64,000 bases of DNA from a virus: IMG/VR virus record IMGVR_UViG_3300042013_000045, positions 1-64,000 of that record, one strand, 5' to 3'. Of this stretch, positions 29,889 to 40,226 are shown one piece after another. A model generated the notes under the pieces. It did not search any database and was not told the origin of the DNA. It saw nothing but the letters and a program-made list of their open reading frames with translations. The number at the start of each line of letters is the position of its first letter. Within the stretch, counting starts at the first letter, position 1. A program made the translations under genes and the position numbers.

Positions 29889-30269
29889 TCATGCAAATCC
29901 GTGCGCTTGTTCGGCCATCCGTAACACTTTTGCAGTATCGCGGATCATTGATTCACGATCCATGTATCTCAGCCACTTCGGCACCGTACCGTAGATAGCT
30001 TCGACTGCCAGCTTTTCATTACCCTGAAGATGGTGCTCCTTAACCTCTTCCACCGTCTTGTCTTTCCAGACCTTACGGCACATCAGCATGGGGAGGATCA
30101 ATGCGTTGGCGTTGTTCACCAGGTAGAACAACCTGTTGCACTCTTCCAACACCGTATCATCAGGGCTGTAATTGCGTATCAGGCGAAAGTACAACGTCGC
30201 CATGAACAACGTACGCTTTGTATTTACCCAAAATCCGTTTGCTTGATTCATCGCTACAGACTGGATCAT
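29889..30269 (-). CDS. hypothetical protein
   Basis: 126-aa ORF downstream of the RNase H gene. Confidence 0.6.
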   Translation of the reverse strand: MIQSVAMNQANGFWVNTKRTLFMATLYFRLIRNYSPDDTVLEECNRLFYLVNNANALILPMLMCRKVWKDKTVEEVKEHHLQGNEKLAVEAIYGTVPKWLRYMDRESMIRDTAKVLRMAEQAHGFA

Positions 30270-30279
30270 ATACAGCTCA

Positions 30280-31815
30280 CTATTTCACCATCTTGAAGTT
30301 ACCAAACACACTAGCCCAGATGCCGACGTCGTCAGTGGTTTCGATCACCGTTGCATAACGGAAGACCTCATCACTCTCGCGCCAGGTAATCACGACCACT
30401 CGCTCGACGGAATCAGCGAGTGCAGCTAATGCATTCCTACGAATGATGTCGTTGCCCATGATCATCCGCACTTTCGCACGGCTGACTGGAACCACGTCCA
30501 TCTCCCGAAGCACACTGACTTTCCCGGTATTGTAGTTGACGGTCAGGTCCAGACACTTGGTCGTGGAATTGATCTCCTTACGGATTTTCCGCTCGACAAC
30601 GCCCTTCTTTTCGGTGGCTTCATATAGTAGGTCGGTGATGTCAGTCACGGCAATGGACTTATCTTTCGCGAGGTAGCGATCGAGTTTGTCCGTCAGGCTG
30701 ACGATGTTATCCAGGTTGTAGTGAGCCAACCCTGTGGGTGTAACATGGTGTACGACTGGCACCTTGTTATTGGTGCTGATCGACATGGTAGCCTTGTTCT
30801 TGCGGAACACGCTTGCCCCAAACCGCAGGATGTCGGCGTAAATCGTTGGGTTTGTAATGTTGCTAAGCGCCCCGATGAATAAATGACCGAGTTGGCGCTT
30901 ATCCTGTTCAATGTAATGATCGCGAAGTTTCTCGAGAACAGGGTCTTGCTCTTTCAGATACAGCACCGCGTTTGCAGCGTCAGCCTGTGGCTTCGCAACG
31001 TCTTCGTCGTCACCATGTTCACCTGTCCAGTAAACATGACGCCCGCACGCAGATTTGTTCGCTTCGTCAGCTAGCGAGCTGAAATACCACTTAGCATGGC
31101 AAAAGATGCGATTGTACTTGGCTTTGGGCTTCCAATACCCGTCTGGTTTATCTTCAAAGGAGTACTTGATGTCAGAACCGTTCAGGCCGATGGAGTTACC
31201 CTTACCAGCCCACTGGTCTGCCATCTCATTGCCAGCATGACCGTTATGACCCTTGATCCACGCCAGCTCTACCTCGGTTTGTTGTTCTTTGAACCGCGTC
31301 AACAGGGAGGCGATATCCTTCCAGTCTTCTAAGTTCGAAACTTCTTCCCCGTTACGCTTGCGCCACCCAGCGGACTGCCACTTGTCGAGATTCAGATTGA
31401 TCCCTTTGACAACGTACTCACTGTCCGAATAGATCTTCGTGTGGCTCAGCCCTTTATCCAGGGCATACTCCAATGCTTCCTTTGCGGCAAGCAGTTCGGT
31501 ATGGTTATTGCTCTTGGCCTTTGACACACCGCCAAAGCGATCAACGTAGTTGACCACTTTTACCATGGCAGCGCCTTCCTTCTCTTCCACATAGCCGGCG
31601 GCTGTGGGGATGGCCTTTGGGTTACCCGATCCTTTGGTTGGTAAGTCACTGGCGGAATACACATACCCGTGTAAGCCCCAACCGCCAGCTTTTTCATTGT
31701 TGTAGAACCCACCGTCCGCATAAAGCACTGCCTTGTGCGGAACAGCAGCTAGCTCCTTAATCCCCGGCATTGCTTCCTTCCCAATAGAGTCGACATCAAT
31801 GGTTTCCGAACTCAT
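30280..31815 (-). CDS. rnhA: ribonuclease HI with C-terminal extension (phiKZ gp155-like)
   Basis: YADGG, NNHTEL, IYSDSEY and WIKGHNGHAGNEMAD motifs. Confidence 0.9.
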   Translation of the reverse strand: MSSETIDVDSIGKEAMPGIKELAAVPHKAVLYADGGFYNNEKAGGWGLHGYVYSASDLPTKGSGNPKAIPTAAGYVEEKEGAAMVKVVNYVDRFGGVSKAKSNNHTELLAAKEALEYALDKGLSHTKIYSDSEYVVKGINLNLDKWQSAGWRKRNGEEVSNLEDWKDIASLLTRFKEQQTEVELAWIKGHNGHAGNEMADQWAGKGNSIGLNGSDIKYSFEDKPDGYWKPKAKYNRIFCHAKWYFSSLADEANKSACGRHVYWTGEHGDDEDVAKPQADAANAVLYLKEQDPVLEKLRDHYIEQDKRQLGHLFIGALSNITNPTIYADILRFGASVFRKNKATMSISTNNKVPVVHHVTPTGLAHYNLDNIVSLTDKLDRYLAKDKSIAVTDITDLLYEATEKKGVVERKIRKEINSTTKCLDLTVNYNTGKVSVLREMDVVPVSRAKVRMIMGNDIIRRNALAALADSVERVVVITWRESDEVFRYATVIETTDDVGIWASVFGNFKMVK

Positions 31816-31863
31816 GTTATATCACCGATACATTTTGAAAAACAAGATAGGTAGGAAAGCCTG

Positions 31864-32211
31864 CTATTTACAGGTCTCCATGTGTCGAGCGATGTCTTCC
31901 GCTAAGTAGCGTTGCTCATCCACGATGTACTTCTTGAGGTTCTCAGCATGGGACAAAGCCAGTTCGGTCATCTCTTCTGGGTCGGATAGAGCCTCAGCGC
32001 TGATCTTGGGGGGTAACGGTTCGCTGTGGCCAATGTGCGGTTTTCGAGTGAATGCGCCGCAGCGCTGCTTGCCCGACTCTATCTCCAAGGAGTAGTTGAA
32101 GGACCGGTTGTCTGTGTATTGAATGATGGCACATGAGCCAAGCGAGATCAAAACCAGAACCGTTGCCAATACCTTGGCGGATGCTGTCATATCCCTGAAT
32201 GTCATCTGCAT
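31864..32211 (-). CDS. lipoprotein, candidate o-spanin
   Basis: Signal peptide VLATVLVLISLGSC (lipobox-like) and a Pro-rich stretch. Confidence 0.5.
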   Translation of the reverse strand: MQMTFRDMTASAKVLATVLVLISLGSCAIIQYTDNRSFNYSLEIESGKQRCGAFTRKPHIGHSEPLPPKISAEALSDPEEMTELALSHAENLKKYIVDEQRYLAEDIARHMETCK

Positions 32212-32215
32212 TACC

Positions 32216-32671
32216 TTATTGTGGATTTAGCCGTTTCCATCGTTCTACGAAAGCTGCTGATGGAGGGCGTGTGGTTGGGGTCGGGTCTGGCTTAGGCTTA
32301 CCCGGATCTGGTGTCTTCTGGATTGCGGCTCCAGTTGACTGACGTTTGTTTGGCTCGTCCTTAAGCGCAAGATACTTATCTCGCCACCAATCGATGTTGT
32401 CCTTCTGTTCTGCCGCGTGGGCTGTCATGTCCGTGAGTTGCGAATTAACGTGGTTATACTTCTGTTCTGAGACTGCCAGCTGGGACTCTTGGTCCTTCAC
32501 GATGATGTATAAGTTGACGAAAAGCACAGTCATCACGGTAAAGCCAATCGACACCAGGATAAATGACAAATTCTCACGAACAAACTGTCTGAAGGTCCTG
32601 TCCCTTAGCCACATTTCCTTAACAAAGAGAAACAAAGCGTGAAACAGCTTCATCAATGAGAGAAGCGTCAT
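32216..32671 (-). CDS. membrane protein, candidate i-spanin
   Basis: Transmembrane helix, then a coiled coil and a Pro-rich linker. Directly upstream of the lipoprotein gene. Confidence 0.5.
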   Translation of the reverse strand: MTLLSLMKLFHALFLFVKEMWLRDRTFRQFVRENLSFILVSIGFTVMTVLFVNLYIIVKDQESQLAVSEQKYNHVNSQLTDMTAHAAEQKDNIDWWRDKYLALKDEPNKRQSTGAAIQKTPDPGKPKPDPTPTTRPPSAAFVERWKRLNPQ

Positions 32672-32754
32672 CGGTTTCCTTAAAATGTTATGACTGGTTT
32701 AGTTATTTTTAACGATTGTCATAGATTAGGTGGCGATCAATCCCGGAGAAACCA

Positions 32755-34116
32755 ATGTACGAGTTAAAGGCATTCGCCCATATCGGGGCGCTGGTTGATA
32801 ACAACAGGGCAGTCGTCGCACCGATTGGTGAGCTGGCTCCAAACGCTATCACGTATTCCCGTGAAAAGGAGTACTACAGTACCGCAACAGCACCGGGCCA
32901 GGGCCTTGTAGTCTTTTCCTCGAAACGTGACGGTGTGCCAGAGAAGACCAGTTCGGTCTTGGCTGAATCGCTGATCAACGTCTCGAAGTGGGCTTACGCT
33001 CAAGCACTGTCCGGTAGCTTCACCTCCAACCCTGAATCGTTCCGTACCCGCTTCATTGTAGAGTTTGGTCAGACCTACAGCTTGTACGCCACAGGTACCA
33101 TGGTTAAGGCGTCTGACAACGTCTACATGCCGAGCTACATCGAAGTCCGTGACGTCGTCGATGACGACCTGCGCTACCGTGTCTGGTACGCCTCGGAAGC
33201 CTTCGAGCAACAGTACGACGAATACGAGATCAAGGTCGTTGGTCCGATCGACGAACTCGACGTATTCTTCCAAGGTTCTGTGACCGTGGCAGAAGCGCTT
33301 GTCGCTCGTACGCAGGACGTGACGTTCGAACAAGTCCAAGCGGTCAAGGGCGGCTATCCTGAGACCTACGTGCGCAGTGAGATGTTCGAGTGGTACGACC
33401 CGAACAACGCCGCTATCGAAGCGCGTAAGCCGACTTACTGGAACGTCGTGATCTACGGTGTCGCCGGTAACAACATCGACGCCATCAAGGAAGCGCTGCG
33501 TGAGTACATCCTCTCGCACAGTACGCACACCAAGGACGAGTGGGCGGTCATCTTCCCGGAGATCTTCACGGCCACTGAGTTCATCTTCGTTCCGCTCTAT
33601 GGCTACCCATCTATCACCAACAAGATCCTCACCACTGGTCTGCTGAGCTCCATCACCAAGATGAAGAACGGCATGGCAGAGCTGAAGCGTCTGACTCGTG
33701 GTGAAGGCTATACTGACGAGTGGTTGGAAGAGCACGGCGAAATCGTGGGCATCAGTCACAAGGCTGCTAACGCTGCTGTGATCGGTGGTCCGAAGAACCG
33801 TGACGGCGTCGTCGAACTGTACATGCGTTACCCGGACTACATCAACGTGTTGTCCACGGGTAACGACTTCATGCGTATGAAGCCTGAGACCCGTCGCTTC
33901 GTGTTGGCTATGGAAGACATGTTCCGTACCGCCGATGACATGACTCCGGATTCGTCCATCCCTGTGAAGTTCTCTCGGATGACACGCGATGGTGTGCTGT
34001 ACCTTGTGCAGACCGTGGACAAGTTCCAGATGCTGGTCGTAAGCCGTTACTCCTATGAAGACGCTGGTATTGGTCTGCCTAGTGATGTCAACGAGCCACA
34101 GATTCCACCGATCTAA
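32755..34116 (+). CDS. virion structural protein (gp157-like)
   Basis: 453 aa, GGAG RBS and strong codon bias. Confidence 0.65.
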   Translation: MYELKAFAHIGALVDNNRAVVAPIGELAPNAITYSREKEYYSTATAPGQGLVVFSSKRDGVPEKTSSVLAESLINVSKWAYAQALSGSFTSNPESFRTRFIVEFGQTYSLYATGTMVKASDNVYMPSYIEVRDVVDDDLRYRVWYASEAFEQQYDEYEIKVVGPIDELDVFFQGSVTVAEALVARTQDVTFEQVQAVKGGYPETYVRSEMFEWYDPNNAAIEARKPTYWNVVIYGVAGNNIDAIKEALREYILSHSTHTKDEWAVIFPEIFTATEFIFVPLYGYPSITNKILTTGLLSSITKMKNGMAELKRLTRGEGYTDEWLEEHGEIVGISHKAANAAVIGGPKNRDGVVELYMRYPDYINVLSTGNDFMRMKPETRRFVLAMEDMFRTADDMTPDSSIPVKFSRMTRDGVLYLVQTVDKFQMLVVSRYSYEDAGIGLPSDVNEPQIPPI

Positions 34117-34167
34117 AGAGACGGCATAGAGCCCCGAGCGTAATGCTCGGGGCTCTATGCCGTCTCT
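34117..34167. repeat. palindrome at a convergent gene junction
   Basis: AGAGACGGCATAGAGCCCCGAGC-gtaat-GCTCGGGGCTCTATGCCGTCTCT, a 23-bp perfect stem. Confidence 0.8.
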
Positions 34168-34667
34168 TAGCGCAGGACTGCGTTGAAGTGTATGGCCATC
34201 GTGATGTGGGTCGGATCGCTTTTCTGGTTCGGTGCGCCGGACTCGTCGATCGATGCGCCGATGATCAAGGCTTCAGTCAATAACCAATGGCCGATCAGGA
34301 CGTCAGCCATGTACTGGTTCATTTGACCAGAGATCACACCTTGACTGCTCAAAGCATTCTCGAGCGTGCCCTTACGGTTGGTCTCTTCGATGAACTCTTT
34401 GATGTCGACGTACAGTGTAGCCAGCCCGGTAGGACCAGCGAGATCGCCAGCGTGTACCGGATAGGTGAAGGTGATGCTCCAGCCTTCACGCCCTGGTTCT
34501 TGCAGTGTGGAGTTCGCGTCCGGGAACGAGACCTCAGGGTTACTTGGGGTGTAGAAGCTGATTTCAGGGCTACCGGACAACAAACGCTTGACGAGTGCGT
34601 GCTGTTTGGCGTTTGACCCAACCTGATCCAGTTCATCGAGAACGAACACTTGTTTAACGAGGCTCAT
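34167..34667 (-). CDS. hypothetical protein
   Basis: 166-aa ORF, ATGA-coupled to the upstream gene. Confidence 0.6.
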   Translation of the reverse strand: MSLVKQVFVLDELDQVGSNAKQHALVKRLLSGSPEISFYTPSNPEVSFPDANSTLQEPGREGWSITFTYPVHAGDLAGPTGLATLYVDIKEFIEETNRKGTLENALSSQGVISGQMNQYMADVLIGHWLLTEALIIGASIDESGAPNQKSDPTHITMAIHFNAVLR

Positions 34668-35104
34668 GAAAGTCTTTCTCCTTTGACATCTTTGATACGT
34701 GGGGATGACTGGCCTGCACCCGGCATGGGTACCGCACCGGCGTATGGATCTACTTCTACTTTCGGTTGCTCGAACTTCAAGTAGCCAGGCATGGAACGAC
34801 CCAACAACTTCTCGATACCTTCACGACCCATTACCTTGGCCACTTCAACGAAAGGACAGACAACATCAGACGATCTAGTGCTGATACACAGGCCGTGCTT
34901 CTCCCAGTACTCCCAGGGTGGTGTGACGATGCTGCCGTGGTAATGAGGGACGAACTCTTTATTGAAGAGGTGGCTGGCTTTATCCAAGTCGCACCACTTC
35001 TGTTCATCAGGGATCTGTGAACTGGTTCCCGTACAGCCAATGACGAATGACCACGTCGTCGGTTTAAGCAGGTTGAAGTGCCACTGGATCTCTTGGGGCG
35101 TCAT
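34664..35104 (-). CDS. hypothetical protein
   Basis: 146-aa ORF with a GAGGTG RBS. Confidence 0.6.
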   Translation of the reverse strand: MTPQEIQWHFNLLKPTTWSFVIGCTGTSSQIPDEQKWCDLDKASHLFNKEFVPHYHGSIVTPPWEYWEKHGLCISTRSSDVVCPFVEVAKVMGREGIEKLLGRSMPGYLKFEQPKVEVDPYAGAVPMPGAGQSSPRIKDVKGERLS

Positions 35105-35115
35105 TGCTCACCTCG

Positions 35116-37587
35116 TTACGTGATCACCACGTGTTCATTGTAGACGCGCTTGAGCGTGACGTGAGAGTCATCGATCACCGCAATCTGGCTATTGGGGAAA
35201 CTGTTCTGACCTTCAAAGTCATGACTGATGTAGAAGATCTGCGAGAACCGCTCATCGTCAATCAGTTCCTTCATAGTCATGATCAGATTGTGGGCATGGA
35301 CCTGATCGAAGGCACGGGCAGGTTCATCAAGGTACAACGGATAGCCATCGAGGTTCATGAACTTGTACACGACTAACCGGAACGCTTGGTTAATGATGTC
35401 CAGGATGCTGTCTGAGCCGAGACTGATGTCAGGGATCATGTTCTCTTGGTTATGGATGTACATCGGGAACTTGTAGTCCAGTTCGCCCTCTTCCAAGTTG
35501 ATATTGTCCAGCGCAAGGTTGTAACCCCACACCGAAGCGATCACTTCGTTGATCTTGGCAATGAACGTGTTGATGAAAACCAGGATCTGCTCGGCAATGA
35601 GGCCATCCTTCGGAGAAAGCATCTTCTCCAAGATCCGCAGCGAGACTTCTTCGTTCTTTGCCTCTTCCAACGTCTTGGTGATGTCCTTCACGATCCCTGC
35701 CTGCATCTCTGCTTCGGTCAGGGAGGTTTCCAACATAGCCAAGGACACTTGGTACTTCTTAACGAGGCTGGTGATCTCTTCATTGAAGGTGAAGTCGATC
35801 ATCCGGGTGAACTGGCTCTCTTGCTGACCTTGCATGTCCAACAACTCACCTTGCAGTGTGTCGAAGTTGATGCGATCGCGGTAGTAACGCTCCACAACGT
35901 TCAACTGACGCTGTGTGACGTTGATGTTACCTTGGATGGTACTGATCCGGTTGGTCAGCGTGGTGTGTAACTCACGCAGACTGCCCGACTTGTCCATCTT
36001 CTCGATCTGGTTGAGCTTTTCAACCAAAGGCAGCAGTTCATACGTCAGTTGACCGATACGCATGGCCTTCTCAGAGTCCCGAACGTAGTCACGGCAGACA
36101 GGAATCAGCTCACGGCCACGAACAACGCCCCCATTCTCAATGAACAGGTTCCACAACCCAGCCAACCACGGGTATTCGTTACGCAACTGATCGATCACGT
36201 ACAGTTTGTCAGTCGCACCCTTCGCTTCTGTCAGGTAACCACGCACGTTAGCCATTTTGGCTTCCATGTTGGTCTTGAACATCTGACCTTTGCGCAGTGT
36301 TTCACGCAGATCGGTCTCTTCGTTCGCATTGACGCCTTCTTTGAACGTGTGTCCGCAGTTAGGACAGCCAATGTCGTGACAGTTAGCGATGTGATTGAGC
36401 CGGTACTCGACTTCACTGATCCGGCTAGTACCTTGAGCGTAAGTATCCTGATAACCCTGAAGCTCCTGCTGACGCTTGTAGACCTCGTCACGACTATAAG
36501 TCTCAGACAGGCCAGGCATCACGTCGTGCAGGGCTGTCATGACCTCATCAACGGCGCTCAGCTGCTGTGGAGTCTTGGCAAACAGCTCATGGTCAAGGTT
36601 CGTGGTGAAAGAACCCCGCAGTTTCTCGATCTCTTGCTGCCGAGTGTCGATTTCCTGCTTGAGTTCCACAGGATCGACGTCATCGAGGATGCTGATCTCG
36701 TGCATCTGCTTGTCAACCAACTGATGCTGCTCAGAAACCTCATGCAGTGCAGCCGTCAGAGCCCGTAACTCACCTTTGAGGTGGTCAACTTGCTCGGAGA
36801 CCTCATGCATCGACTGCCCAGTGACCTGCTTAGGCGGCTTCAGGTCGATGGCCAGCATCTGATCCACCGTGGATTCGATACGACCGTTCAAATAACTGAT
36901 GCCATCACGGATCGAGTCGTAACTGGTCTTGGCTAACTCCATGTCCAACTGGGTATACAACTCAGACAGACGATCACGCATCTCCAAGGACTGCTTGTTG
37001 AGCTGGTCGATGTCTTTGTCGTCGAGTTTCTTCGCCACTTCGTTGACCAGACGGCCCGATTGGTGGTTGATGATCACGCCAGCAGCATGCAGACCCTTCT
37101 TGACACGCTGGTGCAGCTTGATCACGTAGTCGAAGTCAGAGGAAGACAGCTTGGTGATCCAGTCACGGCGCTGTTGAGGCCCCATGGAAGTGAACTTGAG
37201 CTGACCGGACAGGACGTCGTGCAGTTCTTGGTTCATCTGGAAGTGTTGTTTGATCAATTCTTTCTGCGTAGCCCCGGTGAACCCTTCATTGAGGTTCTCA
37301 CCGTCGACAATGAACCAATGCTCAGGTGACTTACCGGTAAAGATGGTACGCAACTCGTACTCATGGCCGTTACCGATGCAGTGAAGGATCTTGTAACCGT
37401 CCTTGAGGAAGTCACTGGCTTGCGGTGCTACTACTGTGAAGCCAATTCGCAACAGGCTGGACTTACCAGACCCGTTTGTCCCCAGTACAATTTGAGTTTT
37501 CATCGATGGATTGATCTCAAGGGTTTCAATTCCCTTGACATGGAATCTCTTACAACGATGAAGAACGAGCTTTGTTATGAATAGCAT
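35116..37587 (-). CDS. sbcC: SbcC/Rad50-like SMC ATPase (phiKZ gp165-like)
   Basis: Walker A GTNGSGKS, coiled coil with CPNC zinc hook, SLGS signature, YLDEP and ISHD. Start taken at MLFITK. Confidence 0.88.
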   Translation of the reverse strand: MLFITKLVLHRCKRFHVKGIETLEINPSMKTQIVLGTNGSGKSSLLRIGFTVVAPQASDFLKDGYKILHCIGNGHEYELRTIFTGKSPEHWFIVDGENLNEGFTGATQKELIKQHFQMNQELHDVLSGQLKFTSMGPQQRRDWITKLSSSDFDYVIKLHQRVKKGLHAAGVIINHQSGRLVNEVAKKLDDKDIDQLNKQSLEMRDRLSELYTQLDMELAKTSYDSIRDGISYLNGRIESTVDQMLAIDLKPPKQVTGQSMHEVSEQVDHLKGELRALTAALHEVSEQHQLVDKQMHEISILDDVDPVELKQEIDTRQQEIEKLRGSFTTNLDHELFAKTPQQLSAVDEVMTALHDVMPGLSETYSRDEVYKRQQELQGYQDTYAQGTSRISEVEYRLNHIANCHDIGCPNCGHTFKEGVNANEETDLRETLRKGQMFKTNMEAKMANVRGYLTEAKGATDKLYVIDQLRNEYPWLAGLWNLFIENGGVVRGRELIPVCRDYVRDSEKAMRIGQLTYELLPLVEKLNQIEKMDKSGSLRELHTTLTNRISTIQGNINVTQRQLNVVERYYRDRINFDTLQGELLDMQGQQESQFTRMIDFTFNEEITSLVKKYQVSLAMLETSLTEAEMQAGIVKDITKTLEEAKNEEVSLRILEKMLSPKDGLIAEQILVFINTFIAKINEVIASVWGYNLALDNINLEEGELDYKFPMYIHNQENMIPDISLGSDSILDIINQAFRLVVYKFMNLDGYPLYLDEPARAFDQVHAHNLIMTMKELIDDERFSQIFYISHDFEGQNSFPNSQIAVIDDSHVTLKRVYNEHVVIT

Positions 37588-37653
37588 TATTAAGACGCCT
37601 TCGTAAATCCTAAATAATAGGTAGACCGCGTTATCTTTAACAAAGGGTGGTTT

Positions 37654-38496
37654 ATGGCAGATGAATCGAGCACTCCGTTTGACAATGGAGCCAGTCAGTT
37701 CCGTTGTGTAGCCCTTGGAGTGGCTGCGGAGAACAAGGCACTCAAGAGCAACATGCTCCAAGTCTCCCCGATCGAGAAACTCTCGTTCACTGACGGTGAG
37801 ATCACGCCCAAAGTTGACACGGTTGAGTACAACGGGCAGGACAGTGCAGGTAACCAGGTCAGTGGTAACGCGTTTGTGGGTGGGACGATCAATGCCACAT
37901 GGCTGCCTGACTCCAACCGCAGGACTCCTCCGGACATTCGGCGTTCCATGCGGATCTCCCTGTGGCAGTTTGCAGGCAACGATAAGTGGTACTGGCGGGA
38001 CATGGGTCTGGACAGCGACCAACTGCGCCTAGAGACCGTTGTGTGGGTCTTCAGCGCTGATCCTGGTGCTCCGATCGCAGACGACTTGAACAACTGCTAC
38101 TTCCTTGAGATCTCTGCACACAACAAGACGGTCACTTTCTCCACCTCGATGGCCAATGGCGAGTTCTGCACGTACGACACGCAGTACGATCTGGCCAATG
38201 GGAAGATCGTGACACAGGACAACTTGGGTAACAGCACGTTGTTCGACAGCAAGAACACCAACTTGCGCATGGTCAATGCTAACGGCACCTTCATTGAGTT
38301 GAACAAACAGGACATCAATGCCAAAGCCCCGATGAACATCAACGCTGAAGCTGGGCGTGATGTGAACATCAAGGCGGGGAACAACCTCAACGTGAAAGCA
38401 GGGGTCATGGCGGTCATTGATGGCGGTGGTTCTGTCCTCACATTGCAGGCTGGCGGCACAACCCTCAAGACACCGAAGTTCTCGGGAGTTAGTTAA
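37654..38496 (+). CDS. baseplate central spike (phiKZ gp164-like)
   Basis: C-terminal beta-helix-type repeats (INAKA, INAEA, VNIKA, LNVKA), followed by a PAAR gene. Confidence 0.75.
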   Translation: MADESSTPFDNGASQFRCVALGVAAENKALKSNMLQVSPIEKLSFTDGEITPKVDTVEYNGQDSAGNQVSGNAFVGGTINATWLPDSNRRTPPDIRRSMRISLWQFAGNDKWYWRDMGLDSDQLRLETVVWVFSADPGAPIADDLNNCYFLEISAHNKTVTFSTSMANGEFCTYDTQYDLANGKIVTQDNLGNSTLFDSKNTNLRMVNANGTFIELNKQDINAKAPMNINAEAGRDVNIKAGNNLNVKAGVMAVIDGGGSVLTLQAGGTTLKTPKFSGVS

Positions 38497-38759
38497 TGGC
38501 ACTTGTATCCTTGATAGGCATCGACCAAGCAGGCGACACCATTGTCGGTCCGGGAAATCCCAACTGGACGTGGAACGGAGTACCGATCTCCATCGTAGGG
38601 GACACCATCAAACCCCACAAAGCGGGTCCACACATCGCAGCCAAGATTACAGTAGGCAGTCCATGGATGACCATTGAAGGGATTCCAGTCACACGCGCTG
38701 GCAGTGCTGCTTCGTGTGGAGACGTCGCCACTGGCTCTGCCCCAATGGACATTCCTTAG
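38496..38759 (+). CDS. PAAR-like spike tip protein
   Basis: 87 aa with PISIVGD, PH...H and PVTRAGSAASCG. Stop/start overlap with the spike gene. Confidence 0.8.
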   Translation: MALVSLIGIDQAGDTIVGPGNPNWTWNGVPISIVGDTIKPHKAGPHIAAKITVGSPWMTIEGIPVTRAGSAASCGDVATGSAPMDIP

Positions 38760-38766
38760 CACGCGT

Positions 38767-38801
38767 CATAGAGCCCGGAGCATCACGCTCCGGGCTCTAT
38801 G
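38767..38801. repeat. palindrome at a convergent gene junction
   Basis: CATAGAGCCCGGAGC-atcac-GCTCCGGGCTCTATG. Confidence 0.8.
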
Positions 38802-38804
38802 CTG

Positions 38805-40079
38805 TCACGGTGTCACAGGAGGCGGTACAATCGCAACCGATTCATTGCTCCACTGCACCAAGTCACCACGGTGATAACTCTGCGACCAGTCAGACTGACG
38901 GGCTTCAGTGGTCAAGAGACGATCCTCGTTCTCGATCTGTGTGAACACTCGGCGTTGCACCAAGTTGTTGTCGATACAAAGAACGAATACACCGTCTTCT
39001 TCAAAGCTCACGTACGAGGGCAACTTGCCCAGTTCAGTGCGCAGTGGGAACAACGGTTGTTCGTGCCAGTAGAAGCGCCCTGGAAGGGACGTGTTCTCGG
39101 TCTTGAAGTGTTTGACGGACAGGCCGGGGGTTTCGATCTCGATCAGGAACGACTGACTGAGGGTCAGCAGCTCTTTGATGCAGTCGTCGGAGTTGAACCC
39201 AATGCTGTCATAGATCGAAGGGTCATCGTCTTTCACGATATGGAAGCGTTCCATCGACGACATGTCAATCGTCCGACGCGATTCCATGTAACGTTCCCAA
39301 TACGGGATACGGTTCATGAGGACCTTGACCGATTTATCCCCGATCACCTTCAAGTCTTCAGTGACCATGTGCAGGTAACCACCGATGCTGATGGCCACCA
39401 CTTTACCCGTAGCGTCAAACGGTAGCTTAATGAAAGCCGAGTCGCTCAACTTACCCACAGGGTTCGGGTGGTAGATCATGTCCGCGGTGATCGTGTGCGT
39501 CTTGATCTTGCCAACGGATTCAAAGCTCAACAGGCCGAGGGTGGCGTTGTTACTCTTACGGAACGTGACGCCACCGTCTTTGATGTACAGACCATCTTGG
39601 TCGGCATCAACCCGGTGCATCAATCCATTGACCGTTGCCAACGCATGAGACTGTGAGGCGATGTAATCGGTCTTCTCACGGGTCAACCAGATGTCGGTCT
39701 TGTCAGCGTCGGTGGTGTCGTTGAACGGCGAGCCTAGGGCCACACAGAGCGTTGCAGAGAAACCTGCTTGCCATGGGTCGCGGGCCAAGACGTTCTTACG
39801 GATGATCTTCGGAATCCCGGATTGAGTCGGGAGTGCAGTGTTGGCGTTATCAGTTAACCATTCTGCCACGGTGGGGTCAGTTGCCAAGGTCACGATCAAC
39901 CGCTCTGCATCCTTCAGACGCAGAGTGATTGGTCCAGTGATGGCAAAGTGGGTGAGAACCAAGTAGGCCTCTTTATAGTCACGCAGCAGACTCTTTACCT
40001 TATACGAGGAGAGATCTTTTTCTTCGAAGGCGCTGCCACGAGCTCTGGACTTGAGCAGTCCTGCTGTTAATTGGTACAT
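38805..40079 (-). CDS. probable virion structural protein
   Basis: 424-aa ORF with a GGGAGA RBS, within the tail gene region. Confidence 0.6.
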   Translation of the reverse strand: MYQLTAGLLKSRARGSAFEEKDLSSYKVKSLLRDYKEAYLVLTHFAITGPITLRLKDAERLIVTLATDPTVAEWLTDNANTALPTQSGIPKIIRKNVLARDPWQAGFSATLCVALGSPFNDTTDADKTDIWLTREKTDYIASQSHALATVNGLMHRVDADQDGLYIKDGGVTFRKSNNATLGLLSFESVGKIKTHTITADMIYHPNPVGKLSDSAFIKLPFDATGKVVAISIGGYLHMVTEDLKVIGDKSVKVLMNRIPYWERYMESRRTIDMSSMERFHIVKDDDPSIYDSIGFNSDDCIKELLTLSQSFLIEIETPGLSVKHFKTENTSLPGRFYWHEQPLFPLRTELGKLPSYVSFEEDGVFVLCIDNNLVQRRVFTQIENEDRLLTTEARQSDWSQSYHRGDLVQWSNESVAIVPPPVTP

Positions 40080-40226
40080 TTATCGGTTCTCTCCCAATAA
40101 TGGTATGTTACTTGTTTAATAACCATATATTAAACAGCGATCTTTTTAAAAACTGATTCTGGAATCTGGGTGCATCGAGTCGGCTAAATCGCTACGAGAA
40201 GGTGAAACCGTAACGGAGAGTAATTC

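Noticed and set aside
37588-38022. N-terminal extension of the SbcC ORF
   Set aside because: It overlaps the divergent spike gene. Walker A position supports the start at 37587.
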